A stretch of DNA of 64,000 nucleotides, from NCBI GenBank assembly GCA_012837835.1, contig DUQK01000018.1, forward strand, positions 16,217 to 80,216, in the 5' to 3' direction. Source of the DNA: Christensenellaceae bacterium (GTDB lineage: Bacteria; Bacillota; Clostridia; Christensenellales; Aristaeellaceae). Made by a program: the position numbers and the translations under genes. The notes under the pieces were generated by a model. That model was not told the DNA's origin and made no database searches. It saw only the letters and a list, made by a program, of their open reading frames with translations. Shown here piece after piece: positions 63,732 through 64,000 of this stretch; positions within the stretch are counted from its first letter, which is position 1; every line of letters starts with the position of its first letter.

Positions 63732-64000
63732 TTATTCTTCAGTATCCTCTGTATCTTCGCCTTCGGTATGGACGGGTGCTACGTTTGCCCTTATCTTTTC
63801 TTCGACTTCCTTGGTTATTTCGGGGTTGTCCTTTAAGAACTGCCTTGCATTATCCCTGCCTTGACCTATGCGCAAATCATTATATGAGTACCAAGAACCG
63901 CTCTTGTCTATGATGTTCATTTCAACTGCAAGGTCCAGCAGACCCGCTTCGCGGCTTATTCCTTGCCCGTATAGTAGGTCCACCTCCGCCACTCTAAATG
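63732..64000 (-). CDS. recA: Recombinase RecA, C-terminal portion (5-prime end outside the window)
   Basis: [61 protein letters not shown] matches the conserved RecA C-terminus. An acidic tail follows. The frame is open to position 64000. Confidence 0.9.
   Translation of the reverse strand, partial: FRVAEVDLLYGQGISREAGLLDLAVEMNIIDKSGSWYSYNDLRIGQGRDNARQFLKDNPEITKEVEEKIRANVAPVHTEGEDTEDTEE

Noticed and set aside
1-64000. CRISPR arrays, rRNA genes, prophage or IS elements
   Set aside because: No regularly spaced direct repeats, no rRNA-like sequence and no phage or transposase-like ORFs were seen on either strand.

Overview
This is a 64-kb chromosomal segment that looks like a Clostridia-type Bacillota genome. 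By eye it is roughly 45-50 % GC, with GGAGG ribosome-binding sites and a strong ATA(Ile)/AGG(Arg)/CTT(Leu) codon preference. Housekeeping anchors are rplU-prp-rpmA, mrnC-thyX-rlmB-sigH, cdaA-cdaR, ychF and the recA 3-prime end. I support about 60 CDS, 3 tRNAs (Leu-CAA, Glu-CUC, Gln-CUG), one frameshifted pseudogene, and several promoters, operators and terminators. I saw no rRNA, CRISPR array, transposase or integrase.

Recognisable modules:
- Glutamate mutase plus methylaspartate ammonia-lyase (7981-12494).
- VTC/DUF4956 pair.
- Orphan TrpF-like/PfkB/Crp cluster next to a BMP-type nucleoside ABC transporter and a secreted 5-prime-nucleotidase (22.9-32.4 kb).
- copA-csoR with a perfect CsoR-type operator.
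- Alkaline phosphatase.
- mgtE.
- A yedF-DUF3343-cysteine desulfurase selenium/sulfur trio.

The stand-out is a 1.6-kb, clearly AT-rich, translationally coupled three-gene cassette on the minus strand (5005-6604), lying between a MATE transporter gene and a glycosyltransferase gene. Its first protein carries a complete PD-(D/E)xK nuclease signature. The other two proteins match nothing I recognise. I flag it as the best candidate for an undescribed defence or toxin-type system.

Other points worth a second look:
- A DppA/M55 peptidase gene broken at a C6 run.
- A near-identical 5-prime control module shared by the two secreted phosphatase genes 15 kb apart.
- Codon-usage mosaicism inside the ABC operon.
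- A well-formed 33-codon Cys-rich micro-ORF upstream of mgtE.
- A uronate-isomerase-like protein with degenerate metal ligands, co-transcribed with udk.
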